Virus record (IMG/VR): IMGVR_UViG_3300037493_003396 | Coordinates: 2,352 to 66,351 of that record | Strand: one strand, 5' to 3' | DNA length: 64,000 bases | Source: a virus | Shown here: piece after piece, positions 29,447-41,700 of the stretch | Layout: each line of letters starts with the position of its first letter | Numbering within the stretch: the stretch's first letter is position 1 | The notes under the pieces: model-generated | What the model was told of the DNA's origin: nothing | The model's database searches: none | The model's input: only the letters and a program-made list of their open reading frames with translations | Made by a program: the position numbers and the translations under genes

Positions 29447-29762
29447 ATTTTTATTGTGTGCATTATTAATAGAGGCTTTGGTGGAATTGTTTTTTAAGGC
29501 GGCTCCGCTTCAGGGAATCCGTCGATGGATTATATCGAAAACGCCTTTTTTGGAGATAGAAGAACAGCATCTTTTTGAGTGTAAATATTGTACGTCTTTT
29601 TGGGTGTCAGTTTTTGTTGTTTTAGTGATGGTATTTTTGGACAATATAGTAACAAGAACCATCGGGTTTATCATAATAGTTGCAAGATTAAGTAATTTCG
29701 TGCATATTACATATAGTGTTGTATTTAATACCACAATGAATCTGGTATTACGGAGGAAGTAA
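29439..29762 (+). CDS. DUF1360-like membrane protein
   Basis: TM helices with CKYCTSFW motif. Confidence 0.65.
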   Translation: MIKFLLCALLIEALVELFFKAAPLQGIRRWIISKTPFLEIEEQHLFECKYCTSFWVSVFVVLVMVFLDNIVTRTIGFIIIVARLSNFVHITYSVVFNTTMNLVLRRK

Positions 29763-29764
29763 TT

Positions 29765-31234
29765 ATGGCAAATGGTGAAACCTTTTCAGATGAAATATTC
29801 CAGCAAATATCAATAAACAGATCATACGCACAAGCCGCAATAGCCGATAATAACGAGTATTTGCACGATATAAAAGAATATATCCAACACTATGACATAG
29901 CGATGGTTGTCCCGTCTTTGACCATAACACCTCCGTCACCGGTTGTCATCGATCCGACTTTGGTGGGTGAAATACCAGATGTGCCAACTGATTATCCTAC
30001 GCTGCCGGATGCTCCTACTACGAGTGATTTCGCATTTCCCTCGGCACCTGTTTACACAATGCCCACAGTCCCGACTTTGTCAGACATTGTTATACCTGAT
30101 TTTATTGAGGGAGTTATTTCGCCCCTTACGACACAGATGCCGGTTTCCAATATTGAAATGCCCGCATTGACACAAATAGATTCGGGTGGGCAAGCGGTAG
30201 AAGATGAACTTGTCCAAGCGGCGAAAGCGAAACTGGTCAGTAATATTGTCAACGGCGGGACGATGCTCAATCCTCTGATCGAAGCCAGTATTTGGAATAG
30301 AGACCGTGAACGACGAGAACAGGCGCTTCAGGATTCAGTCGATAAGCTTACGGCACAGTGGGCAAAACTAGGTTGGAGCATTCCAGATGGATTACTTGCC
30401 GGCAGTCTAATTGCTGTAAATAACGAATACATGAATAAAGATTTGGACGTTTCAAGAGACATAGCAATTAAACAGGCCGAATTAGAACAGACAGGAATGT
30501 TTAAATCCTTGGAATTGGCGAATCAGCTGGAAGGAATTTTAATTGAAAGCTTTAATGACTACGCTAAGAGAGTTTTTGAAGTATCAAAAGCAACGGTTGA
30601 TGTTACGGTGCAGATTTTAAAATCAAGAATTGACCTCTATAATATGAATTTACAAGCTTTCAAGACAGACGTCGAAACGTATAAGATAGCAATTGAGGCC
30701 GAACTTGCTCGGTCGGAAGTTTACAAAGCGAGAATGGAAGGAATTAAAACTCTTGCCATGGTGGACTCGTCGAGGGTTCAAGTTTACACTGCTCAATTGG
30801 GAGCTATTGCTCAGCAGGTCGAAGTCTTTAAGGCAACAGTTGAATCAGTTGGATTAATGTATAGTGCTGAAAAACAAAAGATCGAAGCGTACAAAGCGCG
30901 GGTTGAGGCTTATACATCTGCGGTTGATGGTGTGACGAAACGGTACATTGGAGAAGTGGAAGGGTTTAAAGGATTGGTTCAGGCTTATGTTGCGAGTGCG
31001 GATTCACAGACGAGGATTGAAGAGTTGGAATTAAAGACACAAATCGCCCGGGTGGATGCAACCTTAAAGTCGTGGGAAATCCAGTTACAAGTAATCATCG
31101 AAGAGACCAAAGTACAACTGTCAGGATTGGAAACAATCGCAAAGACCACTTCGAACCTGGCGGCTGGAGCGATGGCGGCAGGGCATACAGCAATGTCGTT
31201 ATCTGGGGCGTCTGCATTAGAAGGCATATCATAG
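29765..31234 (+). CDS. internal virion/ejection protein (Pro-rich N-term, long coiled coil)
   Basis: Position before large internal proteins, helical repeats. Confidence 0.6.
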   Translation: MANGETFSDEIFQQISINRSYAQAAIADNNEYLHDIKEYIQHYDIAMVVPSLTITPPSPVVIDPTLVGEIPDVPTDYPTLPDAPTTSDFAFPSAPVYTMPTVPTLSDIVIPDFIEGVISPLTTQMPVSNIEMPALTQIDSGGQAVEDELVQAAKAKLVSNIVNGGTMLNPLIEASIWNRDRERREQALQDSVDKLTAQWAKLGWSIPDGLLAGSLIAVNNEYMNKDLDVSRDIAIKQAELEQTGMFKSLELANQLEGILIESFNDYAKRVFEVSKATVDVTVQILKSRIDLYNMNLQAFKTDVETYKIAIEAELARSEVYKARMEGIKTLAMVDSSRVQVYTAQLGAIAQQVEVFKATVESVGLMYSAEKQKIEAYKARVEAYTSAVDGVTKRYIGEVEGFKGLVQAYVASADSQTRIEELELKTQIARVDATLKSWEIQLQVIIEETKVQLSGLETIAKTTSNLAAGAMAAGHTAMSLSGASALEGIS

Positions 31235-31244
31235 GAGGTTCATT

Positions 31245-31619
31245 ATGGGAATGTTTGAAGAGGAAGTTGCAAAAGAAAAATTAGGTGAAGAAAAATCAGC
31301 GGCAGTACAAAAAAAAGCCGATGACCAGAAAAAAGTTGCGGATGAACTTTTCAAGAAAAACGATCCCTGGGACACCAGTAAGTTAAGTAGAAATATAGGA
31401 GCTGGTTACACCGGACCCACTGCGACCAGAACATCTATGACCGAATCAATGGGTGGTGGGGGATTAGTTGGTGCGCCGATGATGCAGACTACTTTATTCT
31501 CAAACAGACTTCCGAGTAGAAATGTTACCGGTGATAGAGATATGGTAAAATTAGCTTTAGGGGGTCCGTTTAACCCTAATAATGTAACAAAAAACAGGGG
31601 TAACTTTGGTATAGGATAA
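31245..31619 (+). CDS. hypothetical protein
   Basis: GGAGG RBS. Confidence 0.7.
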   Translation: MGMFEEEVAKEKLGEEKSAAVQKKADDQKKVADELFKKNDPWDTSKLSRNIGAGYTGPTATRTSMTESMGGGGLVGAPMMQTTLFSNRLPSRNVTGDRDMVKLALGGPFNPNNVTKNRGNFGIG

Positions 31620-31629
31620 GGAGGATATT

Positions 31630-32745
31630 ATGGCAGAATTAGAGCCAAGAAGAACATTAGCGGGAGACATAAAAGACGCATTAAATGCTATTTCAACTGG
31701 GAACGTACCAGGGGGAGAGTATTTGGGGATCGGCATGGCAAACCAAAATTTGCTGAACAGGACCTCCGCTCAAGGTGCCGCAAATTATCTTACTCCGCCA
31801 AGCGCTACACCTGTAGATTACGTTCAAGGAGATAAGTTTGCCGGTGGGATTACTCCAGCTATCCCGCCTAAACAAAGTCCATCAACGACCTATACCGCTG
31901 GCGACGTTACTGCGGAATTGAAAAATAGTAAGAAGGCTGGTCCTCCGATTAAATACAATCCACCTTACAATCAGTTGACGCCACAAACTCCGGTTGAGGA
32001 ACCGACTCAAAGTAATACTGTGCCGGATGTTGTTGTTCCCCAACCCGCCCCTGTTGCCAGAGATAGAGTGTTTGTCAACAAAAACGAAATAGACACTACT
32101 CAAAAAGGTTGGGGGATTGACAAGAAATACCTTAACCCACGAACTTACGAGGAAGCCCGTGTAGGAAATGACAGGGTAATGAAAGAAACAACTGCCCCTG
32201 ATGTTCTAAGGATTGAGGGAACCCCGGATAAACGGACTCAGGCAGAAAAAGACGCTGAAAAACTTGCTGATTCACGAAGATGGGGAATGACTCCCCTTCA
32301 AAGAGAGGCTTCTATAAATGAGGAATTAAAAGCTAAGGCGGCGATGGTTGCGGCGGAGGCATCAGCGGTGTCCCCCGAGAAAGCTTTGCACAGAGAAAAC
32401 CTACGCTCAATCATGGAAGATAAGGATGCGGCTGGTTATCTTACGCGGAACGAACAAACGGTTTATGATGAAACAACTGGCAAGAACGAGCCGGATGTGG
32501 AAAAATCACTATTTTATGCGCCACGACCCGAGAAAAATAAACTTCCTGCAAAACTTGAGGACCATTACATAAAAATGGAAAGTAACTGGAAAGATTGGTT
32601 TGATAATTACTTCCAGGGCGAAAAAGGTGCGGACAAAATAAATCTATACAATGAAATGGAAAAGAAAAAGGCAGGAAGCGGAGCCGCCGCATTACGCGAA
32701 AAATATAAATTAGCGAGGGGATGGGAAAAGAATAAGGAGAAATAA
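31630..32745 (+). CDS. probable internal virion protein
   Basis: Low-complexity, coupled to giant ORF. Confidence 0.6.
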   Translation: MAELEPRRTLAGDIKDALNAISTGNVPGGEYLGIGMANQNLLNRTSAQGAANYLTPPSATPVDYVQGDKFAGGITPAIPPKQSPSTTYTAGDVTAELKNSKKAGPPIKYNPPYNQLTPQTPVEEPTQSNTVPDVVVPQPAPVARDRVFVNKNEIDTTQKGWGIDKKYLNPRTYEEARVGNDRVMKETTAPDVLRIEGTPDKRTQAEKDAEKLADSRRWGMTPLQREASINEELKAKAAMVAAEASAVSPEKALHRENLRSIMEDKDAAGYLTRNEQTVYDETTGKNEPDVEKSLFYAPRPEKNKLPAKLEDHYIKMESNWKDWFDNYFQGEKGADKINLYNEMEKKKAGSGAAALREKYKLARGWEKNKEK

Positions 32746-35700
32746 TGGCTAATCCTTTTGATCAATTTGACACTGATAACAGCGATAACGCAACTAATCC
32801 TTCGGCTAATCCTTTCGACAAGTTTGATACCGATGCAGAAGGATCATCGTCTCTTTTAAGGAGAGGAATCGCCGACCCATTGGTTGGGCTTGCTCGGGGT
32901 TTTGCTGTAGGTATTCCTGAAACATTAACAGGACTTGCGGATATTGCAACTCTTGGAAAGTTCGGAATAGGGGTTGACCAGTTAGGAGAAATGGCGGGAG
33001 TTTCGAAACCCCTTGAACATGTATTCGCTAAAGGACGAGAAGCGTTTGACCAGTATTTAACCCCCGAAACGCGACAGGCACAACAAGAAGTTTCTGAGAC
33101 AAAAGGATTTTTCCCGCAAGTTGGGGCAGTCTTGCAAAGACCTTCTGTTCTTGCGCAAGTGGTAGCTGATTCAATCCCCGGGATGGTTGGCGGTTCCTTG
33201 GTTGCTAACCTTGGAATGAAAGCACTCGGTAAAGGTGCGGTAAAAATAGCGCCCAAGTTGTTGGCAGAAGCGGCAGGGGCGACAAAAGTAGCAGAGGGAA
33301 TGCCCGCTGCCCAAAAACTAGCGATTGAATCCATCGATGCAATAAAAAAAGCGAATACATCTAAAGCAGTTTTAACTGGTGGGTTGGCTGAAATAGGCGT
33401 AACCGCAGGGCAGAACGCAGAGCAAACTAGGCAACAGACACCCAATGATGAATTAACCGCAGAACAGGCCGCCATAATAAGCGCGTCTGCTGTGGTAACT
33501 GGATTAATTGGGTATGGGAGCGGTAAATTTTCTCAGTATCTTGGTTTAGCTGACCCACAAACTATGATTGCTATGGCAGTTAACAGAGGCGTCCCCCGAA
33601 CTGCCGCAGAGGGCGTAACTTGGAAGGAGTCCGTAAAGAACTTTTTAAAGACCATGGCAAAAGAAGGGTTATTGGAAGAACTCCCCCAGTCCATTCAAGA
33701 ACAAGCGGCTCAAAATATTGCACTTGGTAAACCGATAGACGATGGTGTCTGGGAAGCCGGTGCGATGGGTATGCTTGCCGGTATGGCACAGGGTGGTGGC
33801 GCCCATGTTATTCAAGGACTATTGTCTAAAGACCCACACCATCAGGAAATCGAAAGACAAATATCTGAAACTGATCCAGAGGGGCAAGTTAAGATTGCTC
33901 CCCCATTAGAAGCATTTAATATGGAGGGGCTGACCGCTAATAATGTTGTTGTCGAGCCCGAACCAGTATCAACTGTTCCTAAATTACAGCCAGGGGCTCC
34001 GGAAGAAGACGTATTAAACAGTCTTTCTCAGAACATTGAACAGAGAGCTATATCTACGGATGCGTTAATAAATCTTGTGCAGACTTATCCGGCGGGCTCT
34101 CCAGTTTCAAATATGGCTCAGGCGGAAATTGACCGGAGATCGCCTGTTGTCGGGGCAGAGATACAGAATAATATTGATATTCTCAGTTTAAAAAATATTG
34201 AGATTAGGGATGTTTTAGGTTCTCCCGACAAACTGGAGAGTTATGCCAAGAAGAATAATATTCTAGTCTCTGAAGCACAGAAGAAATTAGAAACGGCTCT
34301 CTCTGGCAATGTTGTAAAAATAACAGACCTCAAAGAAAAAGCAGTGAGTTCTCAAGCGGCAACGCGGCCTCAAAATATTGTAAGCGGTGAGGTGGAGGGG
34401 GTTAAGGCGCAAGGAAAAGAAGATACCATCGAAAGTAAGTTTGGGGAAGTTAAAATTAAATATGGTCTTGCGGATGCAAATGACGTTCTAACATCTCACG
34501 ACGAAAATGGAGTTGCGAATAAAAACTATGATCAGAGTTTGCAGGAACGTCCCGCAAACGACCCTACTTTTGCGACAAGGGTGCAGGAGAGAGCCGGTAG
34601 TAGGATGAAGGTTAATCTTTTGGGAATGGCTCCCACTGTGACTGACGGGGCTCCCCAGATATATAAGGACATGGTGGTAGAGGCGGGGAATAGTCGAGCC
34701 GAGGCGATCAGATTTACTTACCGAATGGCGAGGGCTGGTAATCAGGAGTATGTAGCGGCGGCGGATAAATATAAAAAATGGTTGGCTGATCGCGCTGAAA
34801 GTTTTGGTTTCACCCGGGAGCAAGTCGAAGCAATACCCGAGCCGATGCTTGTTCGGGAGAGAACAACAGAAGTCACCGATAGAGCTAAATGGGCAAGAGA
34901 GACTAATGTTCCACAGGCAGATAAGCAAAACCAGATTGAAATAGCAAAGAGATATTCCTCAGAAATTGATGAGAGCATGTTGGCAAAATTAGATATGGGC
35001 GAGGAGGGCAATGTAGCCGCTGCGAGTAATTATGGATTTCTTCAAGCGCTATCCACAAAAATAGGGAGTAATGAAGCTCGTGGAATGAATGCTGGGCAGA
35101 AAATCAGTAGTGAGTTTGCTCAGTTGGTAGAGATGTCTCTTTTTCAGAAGGCGTTTGGTAATATAAAAGGTGGGGAGACTTTTATAGAGTTGCTTGCCCA
35201 GGCGCAGGATTCCGAAATCAATCCTTTGGTAAATAGTTTGCTCGCGTCTGTTGAACCATATGTCAAATTAAATTCATTATACGCTAATGACCCAAACAAC
35301 ATAACACCGTTTGTTATTAGAGCTGTCTCTATTTTAAAAGGCGCATTAAAAAATCATAAGTCTGGGAAAGACGCGACAATTCCAGAGCAAAATGCAGTTT
35401 TTAAACAACTACTGCAAGCGGGCCTTATGGATACCGATTCCTCCTATGTAAAAGAGTTAGCGATAGACTTAGAGGCCTTGAAGAGAACTCCTAAAAAGCT
35501 TAGGGAATTTTTGAAAGATTTAGCGAGGAGGAGTTACGAGGACATAAAGGCGCAGAGTTCCCCAGGGCTTTTTAAAATGGAACCCCTTGCAAAGGAAGAA
35601 ATTTACGAAACGGTTGCAAAGGAACACCAGCTCAACGAAGAAAGCAGACAAAATAAAATAAGGAGGTTGACACGAAATGACCAAGGAGCCCTCGTCAAGA

Positions 35701-38700
35701 CTAAGAGCAATACTGGAGAAGGCGGAAAAGAAAGCGGGGATAGAGGGAGTGGCGAAACAAGCCGTGGAGAAACTCAAAAACTCAAAACCTCTCCCGCCGT
35801 CAACTACCACTACATAATTCAGGTTCAAATTCCTAAATATGCCGACAAGAACGGGAAGTTAAAAGAGGTAAAAACGCAGGGGTGGTCAGACGGAGATGCT
35901 ATTAAAAATGTCCGTGGACAGTTGGCAAGAGAGCTGGGTGTTTCAATCCAATCCATACCCACAGATAAAAATCTTTATAAAATAATTTCAAAAGAAACTG
36001 GAAGACCGGCTGATTTACGGGCAAGTGCCGCCGCTTTTCATGGTGGTCATAAATTTGATAAATTCAAATTAGACCAAGAAACCGCGAGAACAGGGGCAAT
36101 AGCGAAAATGAAAGGAGCGCAAAATGTAGATCAAAAGTACTTGGAGTTGGCAAAAGAGCCCATAAAAAATAAGGTTGCCCTGCAACAAATGGCAGATGCC
36201 GCCGCGAAAAAAGCTGGCTATACGACGGAGGTTTTTCATGGAACTACCAAATTTATTTTAAGTAACGAAACAGACGAAACTGGAGCATACCGTGTAAAAC
36301 CTCGCAATCTACATGTTTTTAGGGGAGGACATTTCGGGACGGAAAATCAGGCGCGTCAGCATGTGGCAGCTCAAGGGTATTCGAAAAAGTTGGAAGGAAC
36401 GATATTGCGTTTATATATGAAAGACGATACCAAATTAATGAGAAGTGACGACATTAAAGGAGGGGGTTGGGACACAATTGTAAGGGACGCAAGAGCTAAA
36501 GGTTATGATGGGGTAGTTTACAAAAACGAGTACGAGCCTAATGCCCCTCTGTCCGATTTTGTAGAAAACTATGAGAAATACAGAGCAGAGGCGCTATCCA
36601 AAATCCCCAAAGACATAGATGTAATGGATATCGACCCCGAAATAATGGAAAGTCTATCTAAGGGCGCGTTTCAGACTATTTTGTTTTCCAAATCTCAGCT
36701 TTGGTTAATAGCGAGAGGGGAAATACGAGAGGGCGGAGACCAAAACTTCGCAGATTCTTATACCCTTGTTGATAGTTCCAAGGTTAAGCTGGCCGACCCC
36801 GTAACTTATGATGAAAAAGGTCAAATAGTCCCTTTGTCCGAAAGATTTAATAAAAACCGGCCAGAAATATTTGCTTCCGTCACTGGAATTGACAAACGCC
36901 TGTTGGAACAGGGATTGAAGGGAAATAAGATCAATGACCAAGACATGGCGATGTATGAGAAGACTTTACTTAACCGGCTTACTTCTTTAACAAAAGAAGA
37001 TTTTAGCGTGGTGGGTGAAGATTTGGAACGGGTAGTTAAGAGCATTACCAAAAAAGGAGAATTTTATGAAAGAAGCGCTACTCAGATTGCAGAAGGGGGA
37101 ATTAGTGGCATACCCGCGGACCATCCAAGACAAAGACGGGCATTGGAAGCAAACGAAGGACTTATCGCCCGATCTCCAGAAATCTTTAATCCCGCCATCA
37201 TCGAAGGAATCAAAAAGAAAAGATTAGCCCAGGGTGCGATTGCTCTTTTAAAAGTAGAGCAGGCAAGGGTTCAGGCGAAAAAAGCCGACCTTACGGGGCG
37301 GTGGAAATCAGATAGAACCGGTTCATACGCGCTGCAGAACGAAATCACAGTTGCGAATAACCGCCTTGCAGACATCGCCAAAACTATCAGCGATATAGAA
37401 GCGCTTGTTGAGCCGGCACTTGAAGTGGACACGCAAGCCCATAAGACAAACGCAGAGGCTTTTGAGTTGGGGCGGAAGAATGGTTACGATGTCATTTTTA
37501 TGAAAGACAATTACCATACGCTGAACGCATTTATCAACACCACACGGAAACAGATATTTGTAGCGACAGGAGGAAAGTTCACAGCGTTGCAGTTGGTAGG
37601 ACATGAACTGAGCCATGTGGGGGTTGATGGTCATGCTTCTAATTTAGAAACACAGGCGCTTATAGACAAAAAATCACCTGCTGTCAAGCAATATTGGGAG
37701 GCTTTGAACGAAGCGGCTGGAGTTAAATTTTCTGAATCCGCCATGCTCGAAGAATTTGCGGCTGACCTTCAGGGTGGGATAAAAGAAAACTTTGGGGTGA
37801 ATTTGGATGAGGGATTAATTCAACAATCCACCGTTTACGGCATGACGGATATGCTCACCAATATCCCGAAAGAGGTTGATGTAATTGCCCGAGGTCCGAC
37901 TTACAAAGAAGTCACCAAACCTGAGATTAAATCAGCCCATCAACAGACTCTTGATCTTGTTGTAAATCACGATACTAAGCCGATGGCGTTTGGTAAATCC
38001 ATCGATGAATATGAAAAGGCTACCGGAAAGAAATTCCCCTTTAGGGAACTGGTTGAAGCCCTTGATAAAAAATATATTGAAGTGTCTTATGATTCTTCAA
38101 AGATGTCCAATAAGAACGCCTTTGCGGATTTCAGCGATAATACTATTTATATCAATACAAAGAAATTCAAAGAGGGGGATTGGAAGGGAAGCAAAACCGA
38201 TACCCACCTTGAATCTGAACTCGCTTTCAGAGGGGTGATGGCGCTTGTTGAAACCGCAGAAACAGGGAAGCCTACCCAAGACCTGATCAGATTAAGAAGT
38301 GAACTTACGAGTTTTAAACAAAGCCTTGCACCGTTTCTTTCGCAGGCTTCACCCGAAGCCACGAGAATTTATGGTTTGATCAGTAAGAGTGGTGACGTCA
38401 GAAACATGATGGGGTTCATGACCAATTCTGATTTTGCGGGTTGGTTAAATTCAATACCGGATTATTCTTCTGCGAAGCCAGGGGGGTCTTTTTGGTCACG
38501 CCTGAAAGACATTGTCTTGAAATATGTTGGCAAAATAACAGCCACAGGGAGAACGAAACTTGATGAACTGTCAAGTATTATGGATAAATATGTATTGCTG
38601 GGGAAAGGAGAAAATATCCTTGCTGAAGCTCGGAGATATGAGAGTCCAAAAGATTTTATCAGGGCAACTTCCTATCGGAACACGAGTGAAACGACAGTTC

Positions 38701-41700
38701 GAGGTGGAGTTGAGGTATATATTTTCAAGAACAACAAAAATGAGACTCGGTACGAGCCGATCAATCTGGAACAAGCTGCATCGATGGGTTGGAATCTTGA
38801 AAAATCAAAAGATATTTTAAGACGCATAACTGAAATACAGTACGCCAATCCGACTCTGGAAACAGAAAAAGGACGGAGGGATTTGGCAACTCTGGCGATG
38901 TATCAGGAGAAACTCAAGAAGATCGTCCAGCCTATTATGACAGAAAACCAAAGGCTGACACAGATTTGGAATACTGCACACGGAGTCACAGCCAAAGAAT
39001 CAGCCGCACGAAATTTAGCAGAGCGCGAGGCATTTGCTGAACAACAGAAGATGACTCAACCTATTGTCCCCAAAGAAGAAAAGGTCGGTGGAACCAAGAG
39101 AGAAATTACCCTGGCGAAAGAAGCGGCGGGGTTTAGTATTTCCAACATCAAGAAGACATTTGTTGTCGGGGAACGTCCAGAGCTTCCGGTTAAAAAAGGG
39201 AAGACCGGCATTGAAACGCTTGCTGATCAGAATTTAATTCCCCTTGCGAATCATTATGTAAAAGCAGTTAATGACCCCGAAAAGTATGGATCCCCGAAAG
39301 CAATTAAAAGAGCATTGGTAAAATCTATAATGGAAATGTACCCCAAGGGAGAAGGAAACTATATTCTCCAGAGGGCAGAAAAATACTTTGAAGTGATGGA
39401 CGCTGTTTCAGAAACTCTTGCTGAGAGAGTTCAGCCGGAATTTAAAATAGACTCCAAAGATGAGATTGCGGCGCAGAAAGAAATTCAACGAGAACAGGCG
39501 TGGATAGACCGGACACGGGCATGGCAATCAGGCGCTCAGGTAACGGCGCCGGTTGTGAAGAAGCCTGAGCCAAAGGTTATAGACAGGACGGAACCCACAA
39601 ATAGATATATCCTCCGGAGAAATGGACAGGAAATCGGCAGTGTAGATATGGATATAAACGGAGATACTATTCAAATGCACGCGTTGGTACTTCCAAGAAA
39701 AGCCCATTTGTCAGGCGTGTTGTCAAATATCTTCCGTCAGAATCCGGACGTCCAGAATATAACGATGGAAGTCAACCCCGCGGTCGGGAAAGTAGAACGA
39801 AAAGCAACCCAAATAATGGGCGGATATTTAACTACTTTGGGCGGGAAGTTTAATTTCAATCTTGATGGAAAATCAGAATATGTTTTAAATAGGGACGATC
39901 TTGGCACCGCCATTGATAACCGAGAGGAAATGGTTGTAAAACCGGAGACTCTCTACAATCAGCCAAAAGTTACTCAGGCGAATTTTGGTTTGATCGACGA
40001 CTATTTTAATTCACAGGTTCTTTCTCCGGAGGACGTTGCTGACGTTGCGGAAGAACGAGCTGCAGAAAGATTGATCAAAGGTTTGAAACAAAACATCGAG
40101 GAAGAATTCAGCACCGAGGCAGATGTTGATGCGGTTATTGATGAAGAGGCGGCGAGTGATATTGTTGATGCTCAATTTCTAAATACATCAGTTGCCTGGC
40201 ATAAAGTTGTTTTACCCAGAACCTCTAAAGACCTTGAAAGAATGATTGACGGGGATTGGTTCAGAAACCCCACGAATATGCCGGAAGCCGAAGGCAAAAG
40301 AATGCGTAATGTTCTGAGCAATTACGGTGGAATTGCATGGCCGAAACTCAGAGAATGGTTGAGCCTCCCGTATCAGAACGCCCTAAAGTCAGTTGATTGG
40401 AAAAGTATCTATAAAATATTCGGTGTGGACAGAATCGAAAACCGAGAAAGAATGTCCCATGAATGGTTCCAGAAAGCCGAAATGTATCTGAACCGCCGGC
40501 ATTATTACAAGGCTGAAAACTACACCAAGAAACAGATGAAAGAAGCTGATTACAATATCGGGAGAGTCTTGACAATCGGTGACGAGAATCTGCGCAATAT
40601 CATGTTCGGTATTCAAGATCAAGTAAAAGAACTGGACGCGGAGATAAAACAGAGCGGTCCGTTATTTGATAATTCAGCCCTTGAAAATAAGAAAGCCGCA
40701 TTGGAAGCTGAGATCAAACGGTATCAGGACGACAGGGCTTATTCATTCGAGGAAGTTCAAGATGGTGTTGAGGATTGGGATGGAAAGAAAATAAAACTCA
40801 ACAAACTTGAGTATGGAATGTATCGGGCGGCGCGAAGTACCGAAGACCAGATATTTGCTAAGATACTGGAACACCACAAGAAAATGCTGTTCAAACAGTA
40901 CCAAAAACAGAAATGGTATAAGATTTTATCAGCGGCTTTGGGGAGTGATTTAAGTGAGGAAGATTCCCAGAAAATCATTGACAAACTGCAACTGGCATCC
41001 GGCAATAAGAGCATAGAGAAGGTCACTAAAAAACAAGTGGCTGTGAAATTACAAAATATATTCAAACAGATTGACAAGAGCTTTAAAGAGAAAGACAAGT
41101 CATTTGAGCAATGGGATGTGCTGAATACTTATAAGGAAATATCCGGTGCATTGAATAAAGAATTTACAGAATTGCGAACCATGATTTCTGCATTGGCACC
41201 GAGTCTGACGGGCGCAGAGTTAGACCAAGCTGTGAAAGAAATATTTGTTGCTTACCAAAGAACACTCCCACGGTTAAAGAAGCTCCGTGACCTCCGGAAT
41301 AACTGGAATAACTGGCCAGGCTTCTTCCCGAGAAAACGTAAGCAAGGTGCCGTAAAAATGCAGATGTTTGAAGAATATGCAACAGCGGCCGGCGTGATAA
41401 AAAAGAGAGAAATGTTCTCCACGATGTTCAATTCGCCAGGAGAGGCAGAAAGTATTTACGGGGATTTATTAGACCGTTACGGGGTGATGGTCGATGGTAA
41501 AAAGACCCTTCCCGGGAAATACAAGTTCGAATATCCTTTTGTTTCCAAAACGGCAGAGGGTTCCTTCGATGGAATGAAAGACTTTAACTTACAGGCTCTT
41601 TTGGACTCAGCCTTTGATAATATGCAGGCAAGTGGGAGCCAGTATTTTGACGCTCAGGGTAATAAGGTTGATTTAAAAGGTGAAGTTTGGGACGCCGCCT

